From assembly GCA_963664875.1 (NCBI GenBank), contig OY761611.1, positions 512,001 through 576,000 on the forward strand: a stretch of DNA of 64,000 nt, written 5' to 3'. Below, piece after piece: positions 42,138 to 51,064 of the stretch. Within the stretch, counting starts at the first letter, position 1; the number at the start of each line of letters is the position of its first letter. The stretch is from Candidatus Kapaibacterium sp. GTDB taxonomy: Bacteria > Bacteroidota > Ignavibacteria > Kapaibacteriales > UBA2268. Made by a program: the position numbers and the translations under genes. A model generated the notes under the pieces. It ran no database searches and had not been told where the DNA came from. It saw nothing but the letters and a program-made list of their open reading frames with translations.

Positions 42138-42866
42138 ATGTTTAAAAAAATATTTTTCTTGCCTGTTGCAGCTACTTTAATGTTTTCTTGTAGCGACGCA
42201 CCAAAACAGCAAAACCTACCTGAAGGAGTTCATCAGATAGTTGTTACTCAAACAACACCTGCTACTCGATATTCAGTGATGGAAGTATCCGAAAATGATA
42301 CTAAATACTGGATTTCTACTTCCCCTATAGAAGTTAAAGTAGGCGATACCCTCTATTATACCGATGCTTTGAAGCAAATGAACTTCGAAGTTAAAGAATT
42401 AGACAAAGTATTTGATGAGTTGTATTTGGTTAACGATGTATCAAAAACACTCAATCAACAACCACAGCAAGATATTGGAGAAATGAAACACCCTAATACT
42501 CAATCAGGTTTCAATTCAGACATTAAACTCTCAATCCCAGAAGGTGGCGTTTCTATTGCTGATTTGCACACAAATGCTGAAAATTACATCGGAAAAAAAG
42601 TTAAACTCATCGGTAAAGTTGTCAAATTTAACGAAGCTATATTGAGTACTAACTGGATACATATTCAAGACGGTACAGGTTCAGAATCTCAAAACAATTT
42701 TGATTTGACTCTAACTACTAAAGATGTAGCCGCTGTTGGCGATGTCATTGTAATAGAAGGTATTTTAAACAAAGATGTTGATTTCGGCTCTGGTTACAAG
42801 TATGACTTAATAGTTCAGGAAGCGACTATTGTAAACAAAGAGCAAAGCAAAGGAGCGAATATCTAA
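42138..42866 (+). CDS. Lipoprotein with OB-fold-like domains
   Basis: Lipobox MFSC; GKVVKFN..I...NWIHIQDGTG and DVDFGSGYKY motifs. Confidence 0.72.
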   Translation: MFKKIFFLPVAATLMFSCSDAPKQQNLPEGVHQIVVTQTTPATRYSVMEVSENDTKYWISTSPIEVKVGDTLYYTDALKQMNFEVKELDKVFDELYLVNDVSKTLNQQPQQDIGEMKHPNTQSGFNSDIKLSIPEGGVSIADLHTNAENYIGKKVKLIGKVVKFNEAILSTNWIHIQDGTGSESQNNFDLTLTTKDVAAVGDVIVIEGILNKDVDFGSGYKYDLIVQEATIVNKEQSKGANI

Positions 42867-42888
42867 ATTCTCATAATTTAAATATGGT

Positions 42889-42932
42889 AAAAAAAACAGT
42901 CCGGTATTTTCATTTACTCGGACTGTTTTTTT
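42889..42932. terminator. Bidirectional intrinsic terminator between convergent genes
   Basis: AAAAAAAACAGTCCG...CGGACTGTTTTTTT. Confidence 0.85.
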
Positions 42933-42970
42933 GTTATTGTTTTTGTGTTAGTTTTTTAAGGATTTAGCTT

Positions 42971-45241
42971 TTATCCGAATACACTCACCGTATTAGTCTT
43001 TTGAATAGATTTGTCTAAAACTCTACGGCTATTGGCTAAAAACGTCTCTAATGAATCAGATTTGTCTATTGCAGCCAAACCAATACTAACAGTTACCGAA
43101 AACTGTTGTCCATCCATTTCAATCATTGTGCTTGCAATCTCTTGTCTGATTTTTTGAGCCCATAACTGTGCTTCTTCCAAACCAACACCAATCATTACAA
43201 CTGAATAAACATTTTCGTCAGCACGAGCTATTAAATCATAGTCTTTAATCTTTTTCCTGAAGATATTTAGAACATGGAAAATTATTTTCTCACGTCTGTC
43301 GCTATGTTCGTTCGGGCTGTATGAAGCATATTTGTCTAATTGGAATAAGCACATTACCAAAGGAATTTCAAAATCTTTGTAACGTTTGACTTCTTCTTCC
43401 AATCGTGTATAAAAAGCCGGTGGATTTAAAATTCCTGTAGTAGGATCTACAAGAGAGTTGTTGTTCAACATCGATATAACATGTAGTTTTTCTATAGTAT
43501 GAGCTGCATGCGAAGCAATGACTTCTAAAATATTCAAATCAAATTGAGAAATATTTAACAGTTGTTTGTTTTCAAAATATAAAGCACCATAAGTAGAAAA
43601 TCTGGTAGTCAAAGGAACTGCAACAAAAATGCCTCCATTCAAGTTATCTTCATGCTGACTAACTCTCACTGTATTGTCTTTAATTGGTGATATTACAGTA
43701 GTAGCCGCAGAGGTAATACACCTGCATACCGCAGAATTTTCGATATCTATTGCAGATCTTATAAGAGATTTTCTATCATCTGTTGAAATGCTGTCTTTTA
43801 CAATCCAATTATTCAAATCTTCATCAAATCCAACTACGCCTGATGTATTGACATCGAAGATATGTTTAATAACATTTACTAAAATTGAATAAACATCTTC
43901 AATTTCAGCTTTTTCCTCTTTTAGCATACTTTGGAATACATTGATTGCGTCCATTGTGCGTGCGACCTGCAGTAAATCATATTTCTGTGCATAGCTGTAA
44001 ACAACACCGGAAAGTAGTTTAGTAAAATGTCCTAAAATGGATACAGAATAATTATCAAATACATCGGAATGTTTAGAATCAACACACAAAATCCCAACTA
44101 CAGAGTCATTGAAAAACACAGGAACTCCAATAAAGGAAGATATTTTGACGGATTTTCTATAGTATGGAATCAAATCTAATTCTGCATTTGGATTGATTTC
44201 AGTTAGTATTTCAGGTTTAGCTGCTAAATAAATCTGAGAAACTATGTCATTAGAGACAGTAAACTTATCATCTCTTTTTATAAATTCTTCCGAATCACTT
44301 ATAATAGTTTCTAAAACTAACTCGTTCCTTTCTGCATTTGCCAGATAGAAAGCAACTGAATTTGAAGGGAGGATATTTTTAATAGCTACTAATATTCTGC
44401 CTAAAAAATATTCAAATTCTTTTTTAGGTTCATCTCCAAACCCCGGAACTTCTTCGAGAAGCAAATTGATAGGTAATTCAAATTTTTTCGTTTGCTCAGA
44501 ATTATCTTCAATATCTGAATCAAAATCTAATTCAGAATCCTCATAATCGTCTTCAGCTTCGTCAATCAGCTGTTCAGGGAGGCTATCGATGATAGATTTT
44601 TCGACTTCCTCTTTAATGATTCTTTCTTCTTTTTTATCAATAGAAGCAGGAGGTATTTTAGTATTTTCTTCTAAAAGGATTTCTTGCGTAGGCTCTTCTT
44701 GTTTTTTCTTAGCTTCTTCCTCTTTTCTTCTTTCTTCTTCCATCTGTTTCTGTTTTTGCACTTCCAACGCAGTTTTGATTTTTGCCTGATTGACTTTTTT
44801 CTTTTGATTTTCAACTTCAGTTGGTTTAGCAAAAGCTAATTTACCACCATTAGGTTTAGATATGATTCTAAAACCGTCTTCCGAGCTTAATGTCAATTCT
44901 TCGCGAAAATTTGTTTTAAGTTCAGGCTTATCATCTGCAATTGAAGCATTAAAATCTTCGATTACCTGTCTTTTTGCACTCGAATCATCTTTAACTGTTG
45001 TTTTGTATTCGGGAGCATTTGTCTGTATGTTTTTAGGTCTTGAATCAACCAAATCATTAAGTCTTTGGTAATATAGCATTGCTATTGTTACAAAACCTAA
45101 AACTGAGATAGCTCCACCTATTAGCTTAACTGCAGTCTGATCTACAAAAAATATTATTGCTAATCCTGCTACTACTGCTAAAAGGACAAGCATGTCAGAA
45201 AAGGTAACAAGTTGTGTTAGTTTGATGTTTTTCTTTGCCAT
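42971..45241 (-). CDS. Membrane-anchored GAF-GAF-GGDEF-like protein with degenerate active site
   Basis: Two N-terminal TMs, charged linker, two GAF-like blocks (VPVF..VVGILCVD; VPL..YGAL), D..TG..N and VTVSIGLA, but ARADENV in place of GG(D/E)EF. Confidence 0.85.
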   Translation of the reverse strand: MAKKNIKLTQLVTFSDMLVLLAVVAGLAIIFFVDQTAVKLIGGAISVLGFVTIAMLYYQRLNDLVDSRPKNIQTNAPEYKTTVKDDSSAKRQVIEDFNASIADDKPELKTNFREELTLSSEDGFRIISKPNGGKLAFAKPTEVENQKKKVNQAKIKTALEVQKQKQMEEERRKEEEAKKKQEEPTQEILLEENTKIPPASIDKKEERIIKEEVEKSIIDSLPEQLIDEAEDDYEDSELDFDSDIEDNSEQTKKFELPINLLLEEVPGFGDEPKKEFEYFLGRILVAIKNILPSNSVAFYLANAERNELVLETIISDSEEFIKRDDKFTVSNDIVSQIYLAAKPEILTEINPNAELDLIPYYRKSVKISSFIGVPVFFNDSVVGILCVDSKHSDVFDNYSVSILGHFTKLLSGVVYSYAQKYDLLQVARTMDAINVFQSMLKEEKAEIEDVYSILVNVIKHIFDVNTSGVVGFDEDLNNWIVKDSISTDDRKSLIRSAIDIENSAVCRCITSAATTVISPIKDNTVRVSQHEDNLNGGIFVAVPLTTRFSTYGALYFENKQLLNISQFDLNILEVIASHAAHTIEKLHVISMLNNNSLVDPTTGILNPPAFYTRLEEEVKRYKDFEIPLVMCLFQLDKYASYSPNEHSDRREKIIFHVLNIFRKKIKDYDLIARADENVYSVVMIGVGLEEAQLWAQKIRQEIASTMIEMDGQQFSVTVSIGLAAIDKSDSLETFLANSRRVLDKSIQKTNTVSVFG

Positions 45242-45537
45242 ATCTACATTTCCATTAGTTTTTTAAATACCAACAGAAAAGAAACAAAATCTAACATCCT
45301 TTCAGATTTTAGAAAAAGAAAGAATATTTTGTAGTTGATTTGTATTGTTTCCCCCCACAGGACTTTGCATCAATAATCGTACTAATGCATATTCTAAATA
45401 TAAACAATTTTTCTGTAATCCTAAAGATTAATATTTGATTGATATATAAAAATTCGTTTTCTTTTTTAGTCCTTTGCTCAATTGTCAGTAAAAATGTCCG
45501 ACAAATATAATGTCAAAGTGGATATTTCTGATGTCTT

Positions 45538-45553
45538 AGCATATCATTTGCCA
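45538..45553 (-). promoter_or_regulatory. Sigma54-like -24/-12 element facing the GAF-GGDEF gene
   Basis: Minus strand TGGCAAATGATATGCT with GG-N10-GC spacing. Confidence 0.35.
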
Positions 45554-45612
45554 TTTTATCATATTTTTAATTATATTTGTCATATCATTTTCCAATCATA
45601 GAGACACAAATA

Positions 45613-47907
45613 ATGAGTAATACCTATCATAAACCTGATTTGTCTATTTGCATTATTGCTAAAAATGAAAGCAAATTGCTGCCTGCTTGTTTAGAATCCG
45701 TATTACCTGTTGCAAAAGAAATTATATTAGTAGATACCGGTTCTGATGACAACACTATAGATTTGGCTCATAAGTCAGGATGCAAAGTTATTGAGTCGAA
45801 ATGGGAAAATGATTTTTCAAAAGCTCGCAACTTAGCTATTTCTAATGCTAAATGCGAATATATTCTTTCCATAGATGCAGACGAAAGATTACTCAACCCG
45901 GAAGTGATATTGCAGACCATATCAAATGCAAAAAATGAAACAGGAGCTTGGTTAGTAGAAGTTAAATCCGAAGCTATTACTGCCGACAAAAAAAAAGATG
46001 TCTATGTTTCAAATCTTTTAAGACTATTCAGAAATAAGCCTTTTTTTAAATATGAAGGTATTGTCCACGAGCAAATAGTCAATTCTATCATTTCGAATGG
46101 TTATCAGATTGAAAGCTCACCTGTTAAGCTGTTTCACCTTGGATATGCTTTATCTCCGGAAGAAATGTATGCAAAACAGAGTAGAAACCTAAATCTCTTG
46201 AATATTGCGATAGAAATCGATGAAAATGATGTATATGCTAAATTGCAGAGAGCTAAAACCTTTCTTGCAATGAATAATTTGGAAAAGGCAGAAACTGACA
46301 TAAACTTTGTAATCCATCATGCTGAAGCTAACGGCACAATTTTGCCTCAAGCACTGAACTATGGAGCAATTATTTCTTTAAAAAATGGTGATGCAAATAC
46401 TGCTGTTTTTAGAGCCACTCGTTCTACAGAGTTGCTCCCCGATCAGGTATTTGCAAATTTCATTCTTGCAGATTTATTCCTCAGAGCTAATCAATACTCA
46501 ACTGCATTAGAATCTTACAAAAAGGTAGAGCGTGCAATTTTATCTCCTAGTCTTAAAGCAAGGATTGTTGGTGATTATTTTGTATCATTAGCTGATATTT
46601 ACTTTAAAATTGGTAGATGCCATACCCTATTAAATCAGATTTCTGATGCTGAGAAAGCTTTTGTTCAAGGTTATAATACTGACAAAGACAATGTACACAT
46701 ATTGGTAGGCTTAGCAAATATAGCTTTCAAAAAGCATGATTACCATGAAGCTGAGAATTTACTTTTAAATGCAAAGTCACTAGCACCCGACAATAAAGAT
46801 ATTTTAAAATTCTTAGATCAATTGAAAAAACATATTAGGCAACCGCTTGAAATAACTCAATCTATCAATCATGATTTATCCAAGCCCCGCATTTCAGTCT
46901 CTATGATTGTAAAAAATGAAGAGAAAATGCTTCCTGATTGCCTTGAAAGTATTAAAGATATTGCAGATGAGATTATTATAGTTGATACCGGATCATCGGA
47001 CAGAACAAAAGAGATAGCTAATGCCTATAACGCAAAGCTTTTTGATTTTCAATGGATAGATGACTTCTCCGCTGCAAGAAATCACGCTCTAAAGCATTGT
47101 TCAGGTGATTGGATTCTATATCTCGATGCAGATGAAAGATTGGAAGAGAGCAGCAAAGAAGAGCTTTTAAATGTTATTCGAACTCAAGACAATAATATCG
47201 GTGGTTTCATTTGTATTATTCAGAGTTCTCATATGAGGTTGGACGGCTCTCCTGAGTTACACAGAGGAGGCTATCCAAGATTATTCAAAAACTTTGGCTA
47301 CCCATCTATACATTTTAAGGGTAGAGTTCACGAACAAATTACTCCTTCAATAATTGCGTTGAATAAAGTATTTGTTTTGACTGATATAAAAATTCATCAT
47401 CTTGGTTATAATCAGCCAAGAGAAATTATGGAAGATAAAATAAAACGAAATTACAAAATGCTTTTAGCTCACATTAAAGATGAACCTACTTATGGGTATG
47501 CTTGGTATCAACTGGGGCAGACATTAGCTCAGATGCGAATCTTTAAAGAAGCAGAAGAAGCAATCAGATTTGCTTTAAAATGCGGTGATTTATCAGATTC
47601 TATCTATGCTAGTGCTACAGCTACTTTGTCGCAGATGACAGGTAGTCAAAAGAAGTTTTCGGAGGCATTGTACTGGGCTGAAGAATCTCTGAAAAAAGCA
47701 CCTGAACAACTATATTCAATATCGCTCAAAGCTCACGCTCTATTATTTTTGGATAGATTAGATGAAGCAGAAAATTATTTCAACTTATTGAAAGACTTAA
47801 AAAACAGCAAAAGGGGTGTCCCACTTTCAGGCTTCGATATCGAAGTACCTGATAATATCATTGAAATCGGCTTGAATGAATTGGCGAAGAGAAGACACAA
47901 TAAGTAG
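45613..47907 (+). CDS. Tandem GT2-TPR-GT2-TPR glycosyltransferase
   Basis: Two copies of S..I.KNE / VDTGS.D / DFS.ARN / DADE / G.VHEQI / HLGY, each followed by TPR-like helices. Confidence 0.92.
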   Translation: MSNTYHKPDLSICIIAKNESKLLPACLESVLPVAKEIILVDTGSDDNTIDLAHKSGCKVIESKWENDFSKARNLAISNAKCEYILSIDADERLLNPEVILQTISNAKNETGAWLVEVKSEAITADKKKDVYVSNLLRLFRNKPFFKYEGIVHEQIVNSIISNGYQIESSPVKLFHLGYALSPEEMYAKQSRNLNLLNIAIEIDENDVYAKLQRAKTFLAMNNLEKAETDINFVIHHAEANGTILPQALNYGAIISLKNGDANTAVFRATRSTELLPDQVFANFILADLFLRANQYSTALESYKKVERAILSPSLKARIVGDYFVSLADIYFKIGRCHTLLNQISDAEKAFVQGYNTDKDNVHILVGLANIAFKKHDYHEAENLLLNAKSLAPDNKDILKFLDQLKKHIRQPLEITQSINHDLSKPRISVSMIVKNEEKMLPDCLESIKDIADEIIIVDTGSSDRTKEIANAYNAKLFDFQWIDDFSAARNHALKHCSGDWILYLDADERLEESSKEELLNVIRTQDNNIGGFICIIQSSHMRLDGSPELHRGGYPRLFKNFGYPSIHFKGRVHEQITPSIIALNKVFVLTDIKIHHLGYNQPREIMEDKIKRNYKMLLAHIKDEPTYGYAWYQLGQTLAQMRIFKEAEEAIRFALKCGDLSDSIYASATATLSQMTGSQKKFSEALYWAEESLKKAPEQLYSISLKAHALLFLDRLDEAENYFNLLKDLKNSKRGVPLSGFDIEVPDNIIEIGLNELAKRRHNK

Positions 47908-47920
47908 AAAACTATACTCT

Positions 47921-49003
47921 CTAAAATTCCATATAAAACGATATATGATGCGAAAGGTTATTATCAGTAAGTGAACTATTGGCAACAGAGTAATCTATAT
48001 GCAGATTGAATGGAATATTCAAATCATTTTTGTCAGGTCTGATTGATATTCCTGCCCCCCAATTATTCATAGGAAAGAATTTAGAGTTTCCCATATCATC
48101 TCCATATATATCAATACCGGCTCTGAATGCAAGCATTTCATGAAACACTATCTCACTTCCAAAAATGAAAGACGGATTTTCTTCGTATTGTCTAAGAACT
48201 GCATCTAATGATATTACGATGTACCTTGTAGGTGGTAAATATACTTCCTCTATTTCACCGTCTATTGTTGATCTGGTTTGGTATTTTTCATCATTAAGTC
48301 CATATTCCATAGCTATTCCACTACGTACCGAATATGGCAAATACTCATAATCTTTATTTGCATTATTCCAAAACATAATCCCCGAAATATTCTGAACAGC
48401 AACTCCAAAAGAGAACATATCCATCACATCAAATTTTGTTCCGACATCAAGCCCGTATCCGGTAGAATTAATATCAGAACCAATAAGATTATTAGTAAGA
48501 TACTTCACATTAAATCCAATTGCAGCATCATCTATTGTATAGGCACCAGCCAAATTCACAGCATATTGTAGTGCAGAAAAATCTCCCAAAGGATTGCCCA
48601 TAACATCCCTGCCTTCAAAACTTCCTGTAGAAAAAGTATTAATACCAATCCCCACACCTAATCTTGGATAAATAGACTGTGCCCATGCAACTGAAGATTG
48701 TGTTCTACCCCTTCCTAAAGAAGAAATGCCTCCAGCGACTTGCGGTTTGTTAGCCAAAAATGCTAAACCTGCAGGATTACAAAATATAGCATTGGGATCA
48801 TTTACTACTGCCGTGTAGGCTCCTCCCATAGAAATGGCTCTTCCACCTACGTCTCTCAGTAGATATGCTTCGCTATATCCTCCGCCGGCTATCTGAGCAA
48901 ATAATGATGAAGATGCAAAAAAGCAAGTTATAAATATGATAGCAACATAAAAAATGCCATGCATTTGTAGCATTGCTTCAGATTTTTTATGTATAATACT
49001 CAT
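47921..49003 (-). CDS. PorV/PorQ-family (FadL-like) outer-membrane barrel
   Basis: GGRAISMGGAYTAV.ND.NAIF.NPAGL, G.D.G, FGVAVQNI, RAG; terminal HHISFYMEF; ATG 49003 preferred. Confidence 0.82.
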   Translation of the reverse strand: MSIIHKKSEAMLQMHGIFYVAIIFITCFFASSSLFAQIAGGGYSEAYLLRDVGGRAISMGGAYTAVVNDPNAIFCNPAGLAFLANKPQVAGGISSLGRGRTQSSVAWAQSIYPRLGVGIGINTFSTGSFEGRDVMGNPLGDFSALQYAVNLAGAYTIDDAAIGFNVKYLTNNLIGSDINSTGYGLDVGTKFDVMDMFSFGVAVQNISGIMFWNNANKDYEYLPYSVRSGIAMEYGLNDEKYQTRSTIDGEIEEVYLPPTRYIVISLDAVLRQYEENPSFIFGSEIVFHEMLAFRAGIDIYGDDMGNSKFFPMNNWGAGISIRPDKNDLNIPFNLHIDYSVANSSLTDNNLSHHISFYMEF

Positions 49004-49005
49004 AT

Positions 49006-49443
49006 TTACCTCGATATGATAAACTTTTCTGTATCTCTTTGTCCATTTGCAGATTGTAGTACACAAATATAAATTCCGTTAGGTATTTTAGATATGTCGA
49101 AGCTAATTTCTTGATTCGAAGATACTTTATGTTTTTTATCTAAATCAAGGACTTTTTTGCCTAACATATTGAAACACTTTATGCTAAATTCTAAATCTTT
49201 ATCTTCTACTTCAATTTTGATTGTCAGCCTTTCTGCAGACTGATCAATATTGACCTTTTTGATTTCAAAAACCTTAGAAATAGTATCTAATTTAGCATTT
49301 TTTGTATTTGTATGCTTATCTTCTTTAGAACTATCAAAATATATGCCATTAAGTGAGACTGAGTGTGATTTGAGTTGTAATGAGTGTACTGTAGTAGCTG
49401 ATAGAAATGAAATACATAAAAGTAGATAGTAGAAAAACATCAT
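49006..49443 (-). CDS. Small exported protein consisting mainly of a T9SS type-A CTD
   Basis: Signal peptide MMFFYYLLLCISFLSA; FNMLGKKV...FDISKIPNGIYICVL...EKFII. Confidence 0.78.
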   Translation of the reverse strand: MMFFYYLLLCISFLSATTVHSLQLKSHSVSLNGIYFDSSKEDKHTNTKNAKLDTISKVFEIKKVNIDQSAERLTIKIEVEDKDLEFSIKCFNMLGKKVLDLDKKHKVSSNQEISFDISKIPNGIYICVLQSANGQRDTEKFIISR

Positions 49444-49447
49444 TTGT

Positions 49448-51064
49448 TTACTCTTTTTTGTTGAACTTTTTAGCCAATTCTTTGATAGCCTTTTCATCAC
49501 TCATAATGTCCTGAACGTTCTTCTTTGTTTCAATCGAAGCTTTGCCGGTTCCCAATTCTTTTGCAAGCTTATCTAATTCATCTTCGGATAAGTTATCTAA
49601 TTGACTTAATTTTAGGTTCTTTTGCTTCAATTCTTCTTCAGAGATTTTGATTGCCAGTTGCATCTTTGCAGATAAACCTGAGTAATCTTTGACTTCCGGC
49701 TTCTGACTTGGTTTATTATTAATACGTAATGCTTCGATGATTTGTTCAATCTTCTTTGCACGGCTATCTCGTCCGGTTGCTTTTTCTTCTTTCCCGGTGG
49801 CTTTTGAAACAGTTTCGGGATTTTTTTGAGAGCTTCTATTTTCTCCAAATTGAGAATATGCCTTTTGTGCTTGCAATACTTCAGCGCTAAAGGATGTTTT
49901 ATTTTCTAGATTTCTTTCTTTTTTTATCTCTTCTTTTGAATCATTTTCTTTTGGAATAGTCTTTTCAACCGTTTTCTTTCTAACTTCTAAACCTTTTTCA
50001 ATTTCAGATTTTAGATCTTCAGATTCAACATGATATTTACTAGCCTTCTCTTTGCGCTCATCTATTTTTCTTTTCTTCTCACTAAATTCTTTTAATGCTA
50101 ATATCTGCCTGTTTCTCCAACGCAAATACATATATACTACAGAAAGAGAAAGAATAAGTACCCCATAAAGTAAGTATTCTGTCCACCAAGGAAAGCCATA
50201 AAAATCTTTGAATAACAGGCTTGATAATGCACTACTATCAGCCTTAGCTGCCGAATCTTCCGGGAAAATGTTTTTAAATCTTTCTTCTGCTATTTTTTCT
50301 TCAGCCGTTTTTTCGTTTTTATTATTTATTTCTAAAGAGAGAAACTTGTCTTTAGAAGCATCAAAATAGCTATTCAAAGAGTCAATGTGTTTTTTTTGCA
50401 GGGATATATTCTTTAGCCCTGTAAATTCAGACATCTTCTGCAAGAAATAGTTCAACTTCAGAGTGTCTTTAGTACGTTTCGCAAAGGATGTTAACACTGC
50501 CAAATGAAGAGGCATATCGGACTTCCCAAAGGCATTGAAAGCAGCGTCAATTGCATTAGTAAAATTATTATTAGCAAGCTCTATTTCTGCAATCATATCA
50601 AATGAGTTTTTATATTTTGAATTACTCAGATCATCTAATGCCACGTCAGCAATCCCTGATTCATAAGCAAGTAAAGCATTACGGTATAAATCCTCCTGCT
50701 TGTCTATTTTTGACCAGCTAAAAGTTTCGATAGCCATCAGGTTCAATGATTTGATAGGAGCAATAGTATAGCCTGACTGTTCAGAAAGATTGATATAAAT
50801 ACTTAGCTTATTATTTTTGAATACCCAATCAATCTGATTGATGTTTCCTTTGCCCGTAAGGCTAGTTATTTGACTTTTGTTGTCAGTATCAGGCACGGAT
50901 ATGATAATTTGTCTTTTATTTTCTGAAAGAGTAGATGTAGCAGCAGCCGGATATTTGTCAAATTTCAAAAATATTCTATTTTCTTTAGTAGCAGAGACTT
51001 CCAATAAACTCTCCGCTTGAAGAACCAATGGGAAAAATAACAATATGTAAAGAAGTTTATACAA
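49448..51064 (-). CDS. Bitopic membrane protein: AMIN-like periplasmic N-terminus, TPR-like helices, TM, charged cytoplasmic tail
   Basis: Signal peptide; RIFLKFD...RQIIISVPDT; TM WWTEYLLYGVLILSLSVVYMYL followed by RWRNR; K/E-rich tail. Confidence 0.65.
   Translation of the reverse strand: MYKLLYILLFFPLVLQAESLLEVSATKENRIFLKFDKYPAAATSTLSENKRQIIISVPDTDNKSQITSLTGKGNINQIDWVFKNNKLSIYINLSEQSGYTIAPIKSLNLMAIETFSWSKIDKQEDLYRNALLAYESGIADVALDDLSNSKYKNSFDMIAEIELANNNFTNAIDAAFNAFGKSDMPLHLAVLTSFAKRTKDTLKLNYFLQKMSEFTGLKNISLQKKHIDSLNSYFDASKDKFLSLEINNKNEKTAEEKIAEERFKNIFPEDSAAKADSSALSSLLFKDFYGFPWWTEYLLYGVLILSLSVVYMYLRWRNRQILALKEFSEKKRKIDERKEKASKYHVESEDLKSEIEKGLEVRKKTVEKTIPKENDSKEEIKKERNLENKTSFSAEVLQAQKAYSQFGENRSSQKNPETVSKATGKEEKATGRDSRAKKIEQIIEALRINNKPSQKPEVKDYSGLSAKMQLAIKISEEELKQKNLKLSQLDNLSEDELDKLAKELGTGKASIETKKNVQDIMSDEKAIKELAKKFNKKE

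Noticed and set aside
45303-45371. 22-codon minus-strand ORF MQSPVGGNNTNQLQNILSFSKI upstream of the GGDEF gene
   Set aside because: Too short to support; no leader-peptide codon bias or attenuator seen; the SPVGGN match to the T9SS protein is probably chance.
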